From NCBI GenBank assembly GCA_010093745.1, contig MU006001.1, positions 114,348-134,347 of the forward strand: DNA of 20,000 nucleotides. Reading direction: 5' to 3'. The translations under genes and the position numbers were made by a program. This document shows, one piece after another, positions 1 through 9,920 of the stretch (position 1 is the first letter of the stretch; each line of letters opens with the position of its first letter). This DNA is from Piedraia hortae CBS 480.64. Lineage: Eukaryota. The notes below the pieces were generated by a model that saw only the letters and a list, made by a program, of their open reading frames with translations, made no database searches and had not been told where the DNA came from.

Positions 1-2
1 AG

Positions 3-862
3 CTCCAAGTTGAGATAGAGGCTTTCCAGACGTCCCAAGACGTTCAATTGGCTGATTCTTTAGCAGATTTGATGTCCAGAATGCTCAAAGCCAAGGTTGA
101 AGGAAAAGAAGTTTGGTCAGGCAATCGCCTTCTCGAGAAAGTCTACAATATCAGCATTAAGATGAAAGAGCATGGCGTCTTTGATATTCCACACAAGGCC
201 AGTGTATCAACTTCGTGCAGCATTTTGCATCACTGGGACATGTTCCCGCGAAACATCTTGGTCATGCGGCCGAACTCTGATCAAGGCTGGAAGGTAGACA
301 TGGTCATCGATTGGGATAATGTGCGAGCCGTGCCAGCAGTGCTTACGCGGCGACCGCCTTATTGGTTATGGGACCGGACAGATAGGGATAAGATGACCCA
401 CGTCAGAAGCGACGCTAGAGGTCACAGTGACGCTGGTCTTCTTGATCCTTCGCGATATCATCCTGGAAATCGAAGGCTTTCGACCGAAGATCAGCAAATC
501 CGCAGCTATTTTGAGGGGTGGTTAATTCAGGGTCTTGGGAACATCTACAAAAGGTACAAAAAGGATGATTACTATGAGGAGGCCTACGGTAAAGGACGTT
601 GGGTTCGTCGCATCGCACGCTTCACCTTTGAGGAATGGGAGAACGAAAACATACCAATAATTGCGCATCTCGAAGATGATTGGGCAACATTCAAGCGGGG
701 CCATCCGGTCAAGCCCCCAAGGTGACCACTTTGTGGCATACCTGGGCCCTGCAGAATGACAGTAACCGAGGCGTGGCGGAAGAAGATGCTTGGATATGCT
801 GGCCGAACTTCACGAGCCCGAGACAACCTCCCCATACGTTGGAAGTGTTCGAAGATGCGTGA
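3..862 (+). CDS. 3' part of an aminoglycoside-phosphotransferase-like (APH/choline-kinase fold) protein. It is 5'-truncated by the window edge, stops at 725, and has a probable 1-nt frameshift near 715-720 that cuts off a C-terminal tail running to 862.
   Basis: The frame is open from base 3, so the TTG at 48 is not a real start. It contains the Brenner-type motif LHHWDMFPRNILV followed by VIDWD and RRPPYWLW, typical of fungal APH-like kinases. The paralog at 17215-18739 reads aag cct cta aag gtg where this copy has aag ccc cca ag gtg, and similarity continues in the 680..862 frame. Confidence 0.7.
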
Positions 863-1594
863 ATTGTGGCCATGCTAATCGGCCGTGCTACCCGAAACAC
901 CAGGAGGCACATAGGAGTGACCGCAAGAAAGCTAATTAGATCTGGTTTGCTTTGCTTGTTTTTGTATTTTTATAGTCTCCGCATTCCAATGTGTATATTC
1001 TACCCTTTACCTTAAAAGTCTCTCCCATGATACACTGCCGACCGAACTTGTCCAGCGCTCCCAAGCCCATCACGCCTATCTTGTCTAGCGATGCATCCAA
1101 TCATTTAGATACTGCCCTGCAGTACGCTAAGTGCAAGAGGAAGCTTCTGAGGAACGCGTTTTCTATCTACTGTATAAGGCAAAACGCTCAGCGCATCGCG
1201 AGAACCATGGCGGTGAAGCCTGACGAAGGTGTCATGTAAACCCATATTTCAACCGACGTCCTCCATCTTGGGGAGGACTCTCTTGATATTCCAGCAGGCC
1301 TCTGCCCAAGGCCTGATACTCTAAGCCAAGGCAAGAGCAGAAAACGAATCCCAAACTCAAAGCATCCAAGTATGCCAAGCATGCCAAGTACACATGCATC
1401 GAAACGCGCAGCCAACAACACACCATCTCCACCACATGACTTATAGTCAGTGCCCTGCGTCTATTGGCTTGGCGAAGGTCTAGTGTTAGACGTCCCATTC
1501 ATGACAAACAAGCCGTTTTTCCAACACACAAAAGCTTGAAGGGAAACCTCCACACTGGGTTCGCACCTTGGCAGGGACGCAGAAAGAAAAAAAA

Positions 1595-1709
1595 ATATCC
1601 TGCTCCCAATAACAAGTGGTTGATAACTCTCATCAGTCGTTAACGACTGGTAAGTAACCCAGACTATAACCCCATCTCAAGGGACTTCATTCACTAATGC
1701 GGTGAAAAG
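1595..1709 (+). pseudogene. Relic of a small spliced Cys/His-rich gene (copy C), including intron 1650-1709
   Basis: ISCSQ*QVVDNSH matches the spacing of TSCGKHQLSCFEH in copy A. It has a phase-1 GTAAGT donor at 1650, a CACTAAT branch and an AAG acceptor at 1709. Bases 1650-1700 align ungapped to 13202-13252 at 37/51 (hand count). Confidence 0.55.
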
Positions 1710-2264
1710 TAACGGCAAATACTGTATGGACAGCGTGAGGCTAGCCTGGACGGGAAGAAGTTTACTCCGAACAGGACACATAAAGTACCCCCACCTAAAA
1801 GGAGAGCCGTGTTCTATTAAGCAGCGGCACCTCACAGGTGTGTTAGTATACACGCGTATCTAGAGCTACAAGAAAATCTTTTTGAGTACTTGAACCCTGG
1901 TCAGGGATGTGGGTCATCACCTGCGGATCGCTCCGTGGCGAACTGCACAACAAGCCGTGCCAAAAGTGGAATTAACACATGAAGTTTCTTTGCCAAGAAA
2001 CTTAATTCACCAATGCGTTACAAGGCCCTGGTACCGAAGATGGGGAGCAGAATCTAGGAACAGAGGAGATCGAAAAAGACAACAGCGATAAGTAACTAAG
2101 TCACATCGAGAAAGTCTTTGGATGCGGTACATAGTTTGCTCCAAAAGATCCCCTCCTGCGGCCGGGAAACTGATCAAACGCACCGAGACGTCTCTAATTC
2201 TTTACACAGAAAGTCACCCGGACAGAGCACTACCAAAGCAAGTCAGCAACAAGGTTATCCCAAC

Positions 2265-4049
2265 CTACACCCCCTCCTCCTCCTCCTCTTCTAACGCCCT
2301 TGACCGTGCCAAAGTCCACATATTCTCCATTTTATTCCTTCGCAGAGCATCTCTAGCCTCACCGTCCGTCTCACAAATCTTCGAACCCCATCTCTTGAAG
2401 CCTCTCGTCGCCACACTGCCCTCCCAAATCAACCTACAAACATTTCCGCTCAAATCCTTCATCTTCCCCTCATCATCAACAGGCGAAATCCACTTCGCCG
2501 TCCCCTCCTCCTCCGCATGCGCCACAAAAGTCGTCGACCCGCCCGTCGCGTTCAGGGGTAGGACATTTTCCTCCCACCTGACCCTACTCAGCAGCAACTT
2601 CTTATACTTCTTGATCGAATGCGCACCCCCCTCAACAAGCACGAGGTTCATCTCCGGATTGAGAATCACAATCCCCGTGAGGGCGTTCTGCTTTGCATTG
2701 ATATCGACCAAGTAGCGATGTTTCCCAGAACAGAGGCTTTTTATGGCGAAGACGGCGACGAAGACGCCCTTGGCCTCGTCGGCAGCTTGTTGAGATTGGA
2801 GTTTTGCTGCTCGGGCAGAGGGGGAGAGTTGGCGCTCCGCGTTTGCGGCCTTGTGTTGCTCGGCACGCTGAGCGATTTGTGCGTTGACGAGCGTCTGGAC
2901 GGCAGTGGGGTCTTGTATTGCTAGGTCCCCGTATATGCGCATCATGTTGGATTTCTTCGCCTTCGGCGGTGGGGGTTCAACCAGTCCGAGCCGGATCTTG
3001 GCTTGTTCTTCCTTCATGTCTGCCGTGCGGCGCTGGCGGCGGAGTTTTTTCTGCTCTTTTGTCGTGAGGGGTAGGGGTTTCAACCCGGGCGTGAATTTCT
3101 CTTGAGGCGGTTGGAGAATGACGGGGTGTTGGACTAGAGCCGTGATGATGCTGTCTGGGGTGGTGATTTTGTAGTCCCCCGAGGGGGAGATGAGGCCTTC
3201 GTCCCACCATTCGGTTTCAGGAGGCAAAGGGACAAGGAAGGCTTTGTCGAGCTCGACTTCGATGGCGTGTTTGCGCGCTTCCTCGGCAATGCGAAGTTTC
3301 ATCTGCTCCAGCCGGGCTTGGTCACGGAGCGCTCGCGCCTGCGCTTCGAACTTGCCTTTTTGGTTGAAGACCAACTGCCGCGACTTGCGCTCCCCGGGCT
3401 TCTTGGTGGTTAGGCTGGGGTCATGGTTCTGAGGCTCCGGGTCGGAGTCGGGGATGCTGAGGTAGGGATTTGCGGCTGCCTTGTCGGGCCGGGGTTTCGG
3501 TGCCGTCTTTGGTTTGGGTGCAACATCTCCCAGAAGACTGGGATGGAGCCCTACCGCTAGTCCTCCCCTGGCTGTGTTGCTCTCTTCCGTACGGCGTGGC
3601 GCAAGTCCCAGACGCTGCTGCTTGTCCAGCCGTCGGTTCACCTCTGCCGTTCGCCGCTCCAGCTCTGTTTGTTGCTTCACCGACGGAGATGGAGCAGCCG
3701 CAGCAGGCGCACCTCTGTTCTTCGCCGCGAGTTTCGCTTTGATCTCTTCAATTTGCCTCTGCGCTTTGGCCTTTTTCGATTCCAAGTCATCTTCTGGGGC
3801 TGGGGGTGGGACTGGCGTTGATGCTGAAGGTGGAGGTGGAGCTGATGTTGATGCTGAGGTCGGATCTGGCACTACAGCTGGTGTTGTTGCCTTCTTTGCC
3901 GCAAGTTTTGCCTTGATGGCCTCCATTCTCGCTCTCGTTTCGGCGCGTTTGCGCTCTGCTTCCGCCTCTTCACCGTCAGCCGACCGCAGCCGCTTCGCTT
4001 CTGGCGTTTCGCTATCCATCGGAGGCGGCCGTTTGCTCATGGTCGCCAT
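2265..4049 (-). CDS. PRP3: U4/U6 snRNP splicing factor Prp3 (594 aa, intronless)
   Basis: Prp3 signature segments are present: ETEWWD, ITALVQHP, LTTKEQKKLRRQRR...QAKIRLGLVEPPPPK..KSNMMRIYG, DPTAV, and the C-terminal domain INAKQNALTG...VLVEGG...KKYKKLLLSRVRW...CRLIWEG. The first in-frame ATG is at 4049 (MATMSKRP). Confidence 0.95.
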   Translation of the reverse strand: MATMSKRPPPMDSETPEAKRLRSADGEEAEAERKRAETRARMEAIKAKLAAKKATTPAVVPDPTSASTSAPPPPSASTPVPPPAPEDDLESKKAKAQRQIEEIKAKLAAKNRGAPAAAAPSPSVKQQTELERRTAEVNRRLDKQQRLGLAPRRTEESNTARGGLAVGLHPSLLGDVAPKPKTAPKPRPDKAAANPYLSIPDSDPEPQNHDPSLTTKKPGERKSRQLVFNQKGKFEAQARALRDQARLEQMKLRIAEEARKHAIEVELDKAFLVPLPPETEWWDEGLISPSGDYKITTPDSIITALVQHPVILQPPQEKFTPGLKPLPLTTKEQKKLRRQRRTADMKEEQAKIRLGLVEPPPPKAKKSNMMRIYGDLAIQDPTAVQTLVNAQIAQRAEQHKAANAERQLSPSARAAKLQSQQAADEAKGVFVAVFAIKSLCSGKHRYLVDINAKQNALTGIVILNPEMNLVLVEGGAHSIKKYKKLLLSRVRWEENVLPLNATGGSTTFVAHAEEEGTAKWISPVDDEGKMKDLSGNVCRLIWEGSVATRGFKRWGSKICETDGEARDALRRNKMENMWTLARSRALEEEEEEGV

Positions 4050-4219
4050 GTTGTCGTCAAGGGAGAGGCGGCTTCGGGTGGGCTGACCGGGGTTAGGTTT
4101 GTCAGCCGTTATTACGCTAACCCTACTGTCGCGACTTTCCTGATCTAGACTAGCGTCGCTCACCAACAAAAATTATTCCAGACACCAAACTCTATGCACT
4201 ATTAACGAACCGTCTCGCC
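4050..4219. promoter_or_regulatory. 170-bp bidirectional promoter region shared by PRP3 and RPA190, with an inverted pair of telobox-like motifs
   Basis: Divergent ATGs at 4049 (-) and 4220 (+). GGGTTAGG at 4090-4097, CTAACCCTA at 4117-4125 and the palindrome GTCGCGAC at 4128-4135. Confidence 0.7.
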
Positions 4220-7200
4220 ATGAATGTCAGCCAGCCAGTATCGAGCTATATATCCAGCGTCAAATTCGACTTTCTAACCAACCAAGACGTGCGGGCGCTG
4301 TCGGTGCGGCGGATTGTCACGGGCGAGACGTTCGATACGTTGCTAAACCCGGTGCCCGGTGGGCTATATACGCCCGAACTCGGCCAGTTTGGAGACAATG
4401 CATGCTCGACTTGCGGCCTCATGACACCGCAGTGTCCCGGCCACTGCGGCCACATCCAGATGCCCGTCCTCTGCTACCACCCGACCTTTCTCGACCAGAT
4501 CTACAAACTCCTCCGTGCGGCTTGCCTATTTTGTGGAAAGTTGAGAATGTCCCGCGTCCAGGTGCATCTTCACCTTTGCAAGTTACGGCTAGTGGATTAC
4601 GGACTCTTAAACGAAGTTCAAGGGTTGGATGATATTCTTTTGTCGAGTGCGGAGGGGTCAGAGGACGAAGATGAGAGGAAGGAGGAGGATTCGGCGTGGG
4701 TGATGAAGAGAATGGACAAGTTCCTTGGCCGCGTGGTGCAGCGTGCGCGGGCGAATGGGAGCTTGTTCCCGCCGAAGACTGAGGCTGTGCTGAACGCGAG
4801 AAGAAAGGTCGTGGCCGATTTTCTGGCTGGGATGCTGAAAAGCGCTGTATGTCGCAACTGCGATGCTATCAACCCGGGATATCGTAAGGACCGGTTCGTC
4901 AAGATCTTCCGCAAACCGCTCAAAGAAAAGGATGCGAACAAGAACATTCAGAGAGGCCTCAAGATGAAGGATCCGACTGTAGAGATGCGGAAACAGGTCA
5001 AGATCGGTCGCAAGAGGAAGCGAGATACCGACGAAGCCATCTCAGCCATGGGGTCCACGGCGGAGAGTGAAGAGGAGATGCAGATTGATAGTGGGACTGC
5101 CATAGCGGATGGAGCAGTCGAGAGCAGAATACGCAAAGCAGCCAAGGATCCAGAGGTTTATCTGAACCCGAACAGAGTGCATGCTCAGCTCTCGCTGCTG
5201 TTTGAGCAGGATCAAGATATCCTCGCCGCAGTGTATGGCCACACACGGATAAGGCTGCGTGATCGCCCTCTAACGCCTGACATGTTCTTCCTCAAGGATA
5301 TCTTGGTACCCCCAAACCGGTACAGACCAGAGGCGCGAATGGGCAGCAACCAGCTGGCTGAGTCTCCGGATAACACTTTGTACAAAAACATACTGAAAGC
5401 CTGCGACAACCTGGCTGTTATCCAGCGAGAACTGAGTGGTAAAGACAGCGGTGAGGGGAGACTCCGTCCGAGGACGTACATGGACTTTGAGGCTACTTGG
5501 ATACAGCTGCAGGAAGCGGTGAATTCGCTCATAGATCGTGACCGAAATCCTATACAAGGTGCTGCCGGCCTACGGAATCCAGACGGCATCAAGCAGAAAC
5601 TAGAGAAGAAGGAGGGCATTTTCCGCAAGAATATGATGGGCAAGCGGGTTAACTTCGCCGCCCGCACCGTCATCAGCCCGGATCCCAACATCGAGACCAA
5701 CGAGATTGGCGTTCCGCCCGTTTTCGCCCTCAAACTGACCTATCCCGATCCCGTTACACAGTGGAACGCTGAGGATCTGCAGGAAGCTGTGCGAAATGGG
5801 CCGCTCAAATGGCCTGGTGCAGTTGCCATCGAGAACGAGAATGGGCAGGTCATCCGTCTGGACGGCAAAACCGTCGATGAGCGGCTGGCATTGGCAAATA
5901 ACCTCCTTGCCCCGTCAGTAGACGTGCGTGGGACACGGCCCAAAAAGGTCCATCGACACCTGAACAACGGCGACATTGTCATCATGAACAGACAGCCGAC
6001 GCTGCACAAGCCGTCGATGATGTGCCATCGAGCGCGAGTGCTGCCAGGGGAGAAGACGCTGCGAATGCACTACGCAAACTGCAACACATACAATGCCGAT
6101 TTTGACGGCGACGAGATGAACCTTCACTTTCCGCAAAACGAAATGGCGCGGGCAGAGGCCATGATGATTGCCGATACGGATAACCAATATCTCTCCGGCA
6201 CGGCAGGAAACCCTTTGCGTGGTCTTATTCAGGACCACATCTCAATGAGTGTGTGGCTGACAAACCGCGATACCTACTACGAGCGTAACGACTATATGCA
6301 GCTTCTCTACGCCGCTCTGCGGCCGGAGAACGGCCACTGCTCGACGGGTAAGATTGAGACGGTGCCGCCGGCGGTGATGAAGCCGAAAGCCCTCTGGACG
6401 GGGAAGCAAATCGTCACCAGCGTGCTGCTAAACCTCTTGCCGTGCCATGAAGGCGAGTACATTGGCAGCCTGTCGATGACGGGGAAGAGCACGACGGATC
6501 CAAAGCTCTGGGGTAAGGAAGGCGGCAATGAGGAGGCTGTGGTCATCTTCAAAGATGGATACCTCTGCCAGGGCATCCTTGATAAGAAACAGATTGGCCC
6601 GTCTTCGGGCGGGTTTGTAAACGCCGTGTATGAGCTATACGGGGCTACGGTGGCCGGTCGACTGCTTTCCGTTCTTGGTAGGCTGTTGACGAAGCTGGAG
6701 AGCATGCGTGGCCTCAGCTGCGGTGTGGAAGATTTGGTATTCACGCGAAGGGGCGAGGAAATGCGGCGAGAAGCACTGGCTGAGGCCGAGGTTGCCGGGC
6801 AAAAGGTTGCCGTGAAATACGTGGGTCTCCAAGATGAGAGCCCCTCCAGCGGAGACAAGGAGCTCCGTCGGCGACTGGAAGAGGTCCTACGCGATGGACA
6901 AAAGCAGGCAGCGCTGGACCAGCTGACCAACAACTACACAAAGGACATATCTTCCAAAGTCACAAACAACTGTCTGCCTGACGGCCTCGTGAAGCCGTTT
7001 CCACGCAACCAAATGCAGACCATGACCATGTCTGGTGCCAAAGGAAGCAAGGTCAACGCCAGCCAGATCAGCTGTAATCTCGGGCAGCAAGTTCTGGAAG
7101 GTCTGAGAGTCCCGGTCATGGTATCTGGTAAGACGCTGCCGTGCTTCAGGCCGTTCGAATCGTCAGCTCGAGCTGGCGGGTACATTGTCGACCGCTTTTT

Positions 7201-9298
7201 GACAGGCGTGCGTCCGCAAGAGTTCTTCTTCCACGCCATGGCTGGCCGCGAGGGTCTCATCGATACTGCCGTCAAAACCTCCCGCTCGGGCTACCTCCAG
7301 CGGTGCCTGATCAAAGGCATGGAAGGGCTGAAGGCGGAATACGATGCTTCGGTTCGTGACTCTGCCGGCCTGCTTGTACAGTTTGTCTACGGCGAGGACG
7401 GCCTAGACGTAACCAAGGCCAAGTACCTCACAGACTTCAAATTCACAGCTGAAAACCACGAGACAATCTTCCACTCGTTGGGTGTTGGCGATGACTTCCA
7501 CCGCGTGCGAAACGAAGCAGTGGCGCAACACAACAAGGATGCTGTCAAGAAATTCCGCAAAACGGGCGATCTCGGGGCTTCTGACCCGGCTTTGTCGCTG
7601 TATCCTCCCAGCGAATGCCCCGGCAGCACGAGCGAGCGCTTCTACATGGACACGGCCGAGTACCTGAAGCAGAACCCAGACAAGCTCATCCGGGACCGGA
7701 AGCAGGGCGTCGAGGGGCTCGGCGGGCTTAGCAAAAAGAGCTTCCAGGCTCTGTTGGACGTGCGATACTTCAATTCGGTCATCCAGCCTGGTGAAGCCGT
7801 TGGCGTGGTGGCAGGCCAGTCCATCGGAGAGCCCAGTACGCAGATGACACTCAATACTTTCCATCTAGCAGGTCACTCGGCCAAGAACGTGACACTGGGT
7901 ATCCCGCGTCTGAGAGAGATTCTCATGACGGCCGCCAAGAACATTTCCACGCCGACCATGACGCTGGTGCTGAAGAGAGGAGTCAAGCTGTCAAAGGCTA
8001 GACGCTTTGCCAAGACGCTCAGCCGGCTGAACTTGGCAGAAGTTCTTGATAAAGTGACGGTTAAGGAAGAGCAGGGCCGTGGTGAGATTTACGCCCAGGC
8101 AAAACTCTACCATGTGCAGCTGGACTTTTTCCCCAAAGAAGAATACGAGAAGGAGTATGGTGTGAGTGTGAAGCAGGTCGTGCGTGCCATTGAAGAGCGT
8201 TTCCTACCGGAATTGCAGACTATGGTGCGGAAAGAGCTGAAGAGAAGAGGAGACATGAAATCGTTGAAAGAAGGAGACGACGCCAAAGACGATGCACGGC
8301 CCGAAATTGGCCAGTCTGCAGGCGTCGTCGAGCAACAAGCCAGTCGACGCGAGGGCGAGAGGGACGAGAGAGATGATGCGTCCGACGCCGAAGACGAAGG
8401 CGACGCAACAAGAGCCAAAGCCCTGCAAAACCAGCAACAAGAGGGATACGACGCCTTTGAAGACGACGAAGAGCAGGAGCTGCGGGCTCAGAACCGACGG
8501 GAAGACGAAGTTGACGGAGAAGACGCTCCGCCAGAGCAGCAAGCAGACGAAAGTCTCGAAGAGCGAGTCCGCGCGGCCGAACGGACAAGCGACGTGAGCG
8601 CCATATCCTTTGACGACAACCAGTGCAAATTCACCATGGAATACGGCGCCGAGACGGCCAAGATCCTTATGCTGCACTTTGTAGAAAACGCCGCGCGGTC
8701 AGCCTCTGTGCAGCGGGTGCGTAACATCTCCACCGCCCGCGTCGACGAGGTTGGCATGAACGAGAGCAAAGCGCTCGCCATCTCCGTTGCAGGCTGCAAT
8801 TTGCCCGAAATGTGGACTCATGACGCTGTCCTCGAACTCGATCAGCTCTATACCAACTCTGTGCACGACATCCTTACCCACTATGGCGTTGAAGCCGCGC
8901 GCGCGGCCATTGTACGCGAACTCCGTGCGGTTTTCGACTCACATGGTATTGCCGTCGATCCGCGCCATCTGACCCTCATTGCTGATTTCATGACCCGCGA
9001 TGGCGGCTACCAGGCTTACTCGCGCATGTCATATAGGGATAATCCCAGCGCCTTTATGAAGATGTCATTTGAAACGACGGTGGGGAACCTCAAAGACGCC
9101 CTCCTTGCTGGTGATGCAGATGATCTAAAGAACCCCAGTGCGAGGATTGTGGTGGGGAAGTTGGGCACAGTTGGGACGGGCGGGTTTGACGTTTTGCCTA
9201 TTCATGATAAAATCGCTGCTGAGATGGACGTTGATATGGACGAGCTTGAGACGGAGACGGTGAGAATTGACGGAGAGGATGTACAGTTTACGTATTAA
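4220..9298 (+). CDS. RPA190: DNA-directed RNA polymerase I largest subunit (A190/RPA1), 1692 aa, intronless
   Basis: N-terminal Zn site CSTC...CPGHCGH, GIKQKLEKKEGIFRKNMMGKRVNFAAR, MNRQPTLHKPSMM, catalytic NTYNADFDGDEMN (~6092-6112), bridge helix AGREGLIDTAVKTSRSGYLQRCL and trigger loop EPSTQMTLNTFH..GH.AKNVTLGIPRLREI. The acidic insertion is typical of Pol I. Confidence 0.98.
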   Translation: MNVSQPVSSYISSVKFDFLTNQDVRALSVRRIVTGETFDTLLNPVPGGLYTPELGQFGDNACSTCGLMTPQCPGHCGHIQMPVLCYHPTFLDQIYKLLRAACLFCGKLRMSRVQVHLHLCKLRLVDYGLLNEVQGLDDILLSSAEGSEDEDERKEEDSAWVMKRMDKFLGRVVQRARANGSLFPPKTEAVLNARRKVVADFLAGMLKSAVCRNCDAINPGYRKDRFVKIFRKPLKEKDANKNIQRGLKMKDPTVEMRKQVKIGRKRKRDTDEAISAMGSTAESEEEMQIDSGTAIADGAVESRIRKAAKDPEVYLNPNRVHAQLSLLFEQDQDILAAVYGHTRIRLRDRPLTPDMFFLKDILVPPNRYRPEARMGSNQLAESPDNTLYKNILKACDNLAVIQRELSGKDSGEGRLRPRTYMDFEATWIQLQEAVNSLIDRDRNPIQGAAGLRNPDGIKQKLEKKEGIFRKNMMGKRVNFAARTVISPDPNIETNEIGVPPVFALKLTYPDPVTQWNAEDLQEAVRNGPLKWPGAVAIENENGQVIRLDGKTVDERLALANNLLAPSVDVRGTRPKKVHRHLNNGDIVIMNRQPTLHKPSMMCHRARVLPGEKTLRMHYANCNTYNADFDGDEMNLHFPQNEMARAEAMMIADTDNQYLSGTAGNPLRGLIQDHISMSVWLTNRDTYYERNDYMQLLYAALRPENGHCSTGKIETVPPAVMKPKALWTGKQIVTSVLLNLLPCHEGEYIGSLSMTGKSTTDPKLWGKEGGNEEAVVIFKDGYLCQGILDKKQIGPSSGGFVNAVYELYGATVAGRLLSVLGRLLTKLESMRGLSCGVEDLVFTRRGEEMRREALAEAEVAGQKVAVKYVGLQDESPSSGDKELRRRLEEVLRDGQKQAALDQLTNNYTKDISSKVTNNCLPDGLVKPFPRNQMQTMTMSGAKGSKVNASQISCNLGQQVLEGLRVPVMVSGKTLPCFRPFESSARAGGYIVDRFLTGVRPQEFFFHAMAGREGLIDTAVKTSRSGYLQRCLIKGMEGLKAEYDASVRDSAGLLVQFVYGEDGLDVTKAKYLTDFKFTAENHETIFHSLGVGDDFHRVRNEAVAQHNKDAVKKFRKTGDLGASDPALSLYPPSECPGSTSERFYMDTAEYLKQNPDKLIRDRKQGVEGLGGLSKKSFQALLDVRYFNSVIQPGEAVGVVAGQSIGEPSTQMTLNTFHLAGHSAKNVTLGIPRLREILMTAAKNISTPTMTLVLKRGVKLSKARRFAKTLSRLNLAEVLDKVTVKEEQGRGEIYAQAKLYHVQLDFFPKEEYEKEYGVSVKQVVRAIEERFLPELQTMVRKELKRRGDMKSLKEGDDAKDDARPEIGQSAGVVEQQASRREGERDERDDASDAEDEGDATRAKALQNQQQEGYDAFEDDEEQELRAQNRREDEVDGEDAPPEQQADESLEERVRAAERTSDVSAISFDDNQCKFTMEYGAETAKILMLHFVENAARSASVQRVRNISTARVDEVGMNESKALAISVAGCNLPEMWTHDAVLELDQLYTNSVHDILTHYGVEAARAAIVRELRAVFDSHGIAVDPRHLTLIADFMTRDGGYQAYSRMSYRDNPSAFMKMSFETTVGNLKDALLAGDADDLKNPSARIVVGKLGTVGTGGFDVLPIHDKIAAEMDVDMDELETETVRIDGEDVQFTY

Positions 9299-9419
9299 CT
9301 GGGGTTTATCCATTGTCTGGATACATGTCCGGTCCTTCCCTTTACTCCATCATGTTCTAGACGGCCATATTCACGTACTCACTGTAGGCGAAACTCATCT
9401 TTCGACCCAGTAGCCCCTA

Positions 9420-9677
9420 TCACTTTCTCAACCCCAGCCTTCCCTCTGCAATTTCGCCTTTGAGTGCTCAAGTCCGTTGGCAAGGAGGTTTATCCTGAAT
9501 TGCTTACCATGCGGGCACATGTTTCTTTCATGTACACCATGGTGTGCTCGAAGCAAGAAAGTTGATGCTTGCCGCAGGAAGTTCTGTATCTCCCTCTGCG
9601 CCGGTCATTGTCTCCGAGCGACAGTTGCCGTAACGATCACGATCGGGGCATTGTTCCCAGGTGCTTGAGCAAGCCAT
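9420..9677 (-). pseudogene. Relic of a small spliced Cys/His-rich gene (copy A), frameshifted, with intron 9507-9458
   Basis: A C/A-rich leader ends in aacATG at 9677. It reads MACSSTWEQCPDRDRYGNCRS, then after a frameshift RTSCGKHQLSCFEHTMVYMKE, then after another MCPH-g|GTAAGC. Intron bases 9507-9470 match 13202-13239 ungapped at 28/38, and all 10 mismatches are transitions. Confidence 0.6.
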
Positions 9678-9767
9678 GTTTGGATTCCGAGTAGATTGGG
9701 GGTGCGTTTGTGTGGGAGTTGTGAAGATTGAAAGGGCTCATTAACTCACTTGACGTTTGGAACAGGG

Positions 9768-9809
9768 ATTTATTTATTTTATTTTTTTCATTTTTATTTT
9801 TTTATATTT
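9768..9809. repeat. T-rich low-complexity tract containing TATAAA on the minus strand, ~125 bp upstream of the copy A ATG
   Basis: A run of T stretches separated by single A bases, with only one C, read directly from the sequence. Confidence 0.7.
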
Positions 9810-9920
9810 GGCCTTTCTTACCTCCCTTACAAGTTGTGGACCCAGAGCGGCAATTTTCCTCAAACTTTGGCACACTAAAATGGTGCGTGGGAAGAAAGGC
9901 TTTTTCACTATGAAGGTGAT

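Noticed and set aside
1366..1390. CCAAG(T/C)ATG short tandem repeat; similarly GCAAGCCATT x2 near 17079-17098
   Set aside because: Simple slippage repeats of 2-3 units with no spacers, not a CRISPR-like or other structured array.
1634..1649. Perfect 16-bp palindrome CAGTCGTTAACGACTG
   Set aside because: It is isolated and has no second copy. It sits where copy C appears to have lost exon sequence and may be a deletion/repair scar, but no function can be supported.
900..2209. Possible telomerase RNA (ATAAGT at 2088 with downstream CTAAT...CAG, as in filamentous-fungal TER 3' processing)
   Set aside because: No TAACCCTAA-type template was found on either strand in this interval, the hexamer is expected by chance, and part of the region is explained by relic copy C.
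4050..4169. 40-codon N-terminal extension of PRP3 in the ORF track
   Set aside because: It starts at TTG and would occupy most of the shared promoter. The first ATG, in good context (aacATG), is at 4049.
2122..9313. Many overlapping and antisense ORFs (e.g. 2122..2715, 3481..4086, 6307..6933)
   Set aside because: These are shadow frames of the GC-rich PRP3 and RPA190 coding sequences, with no independent motifs.
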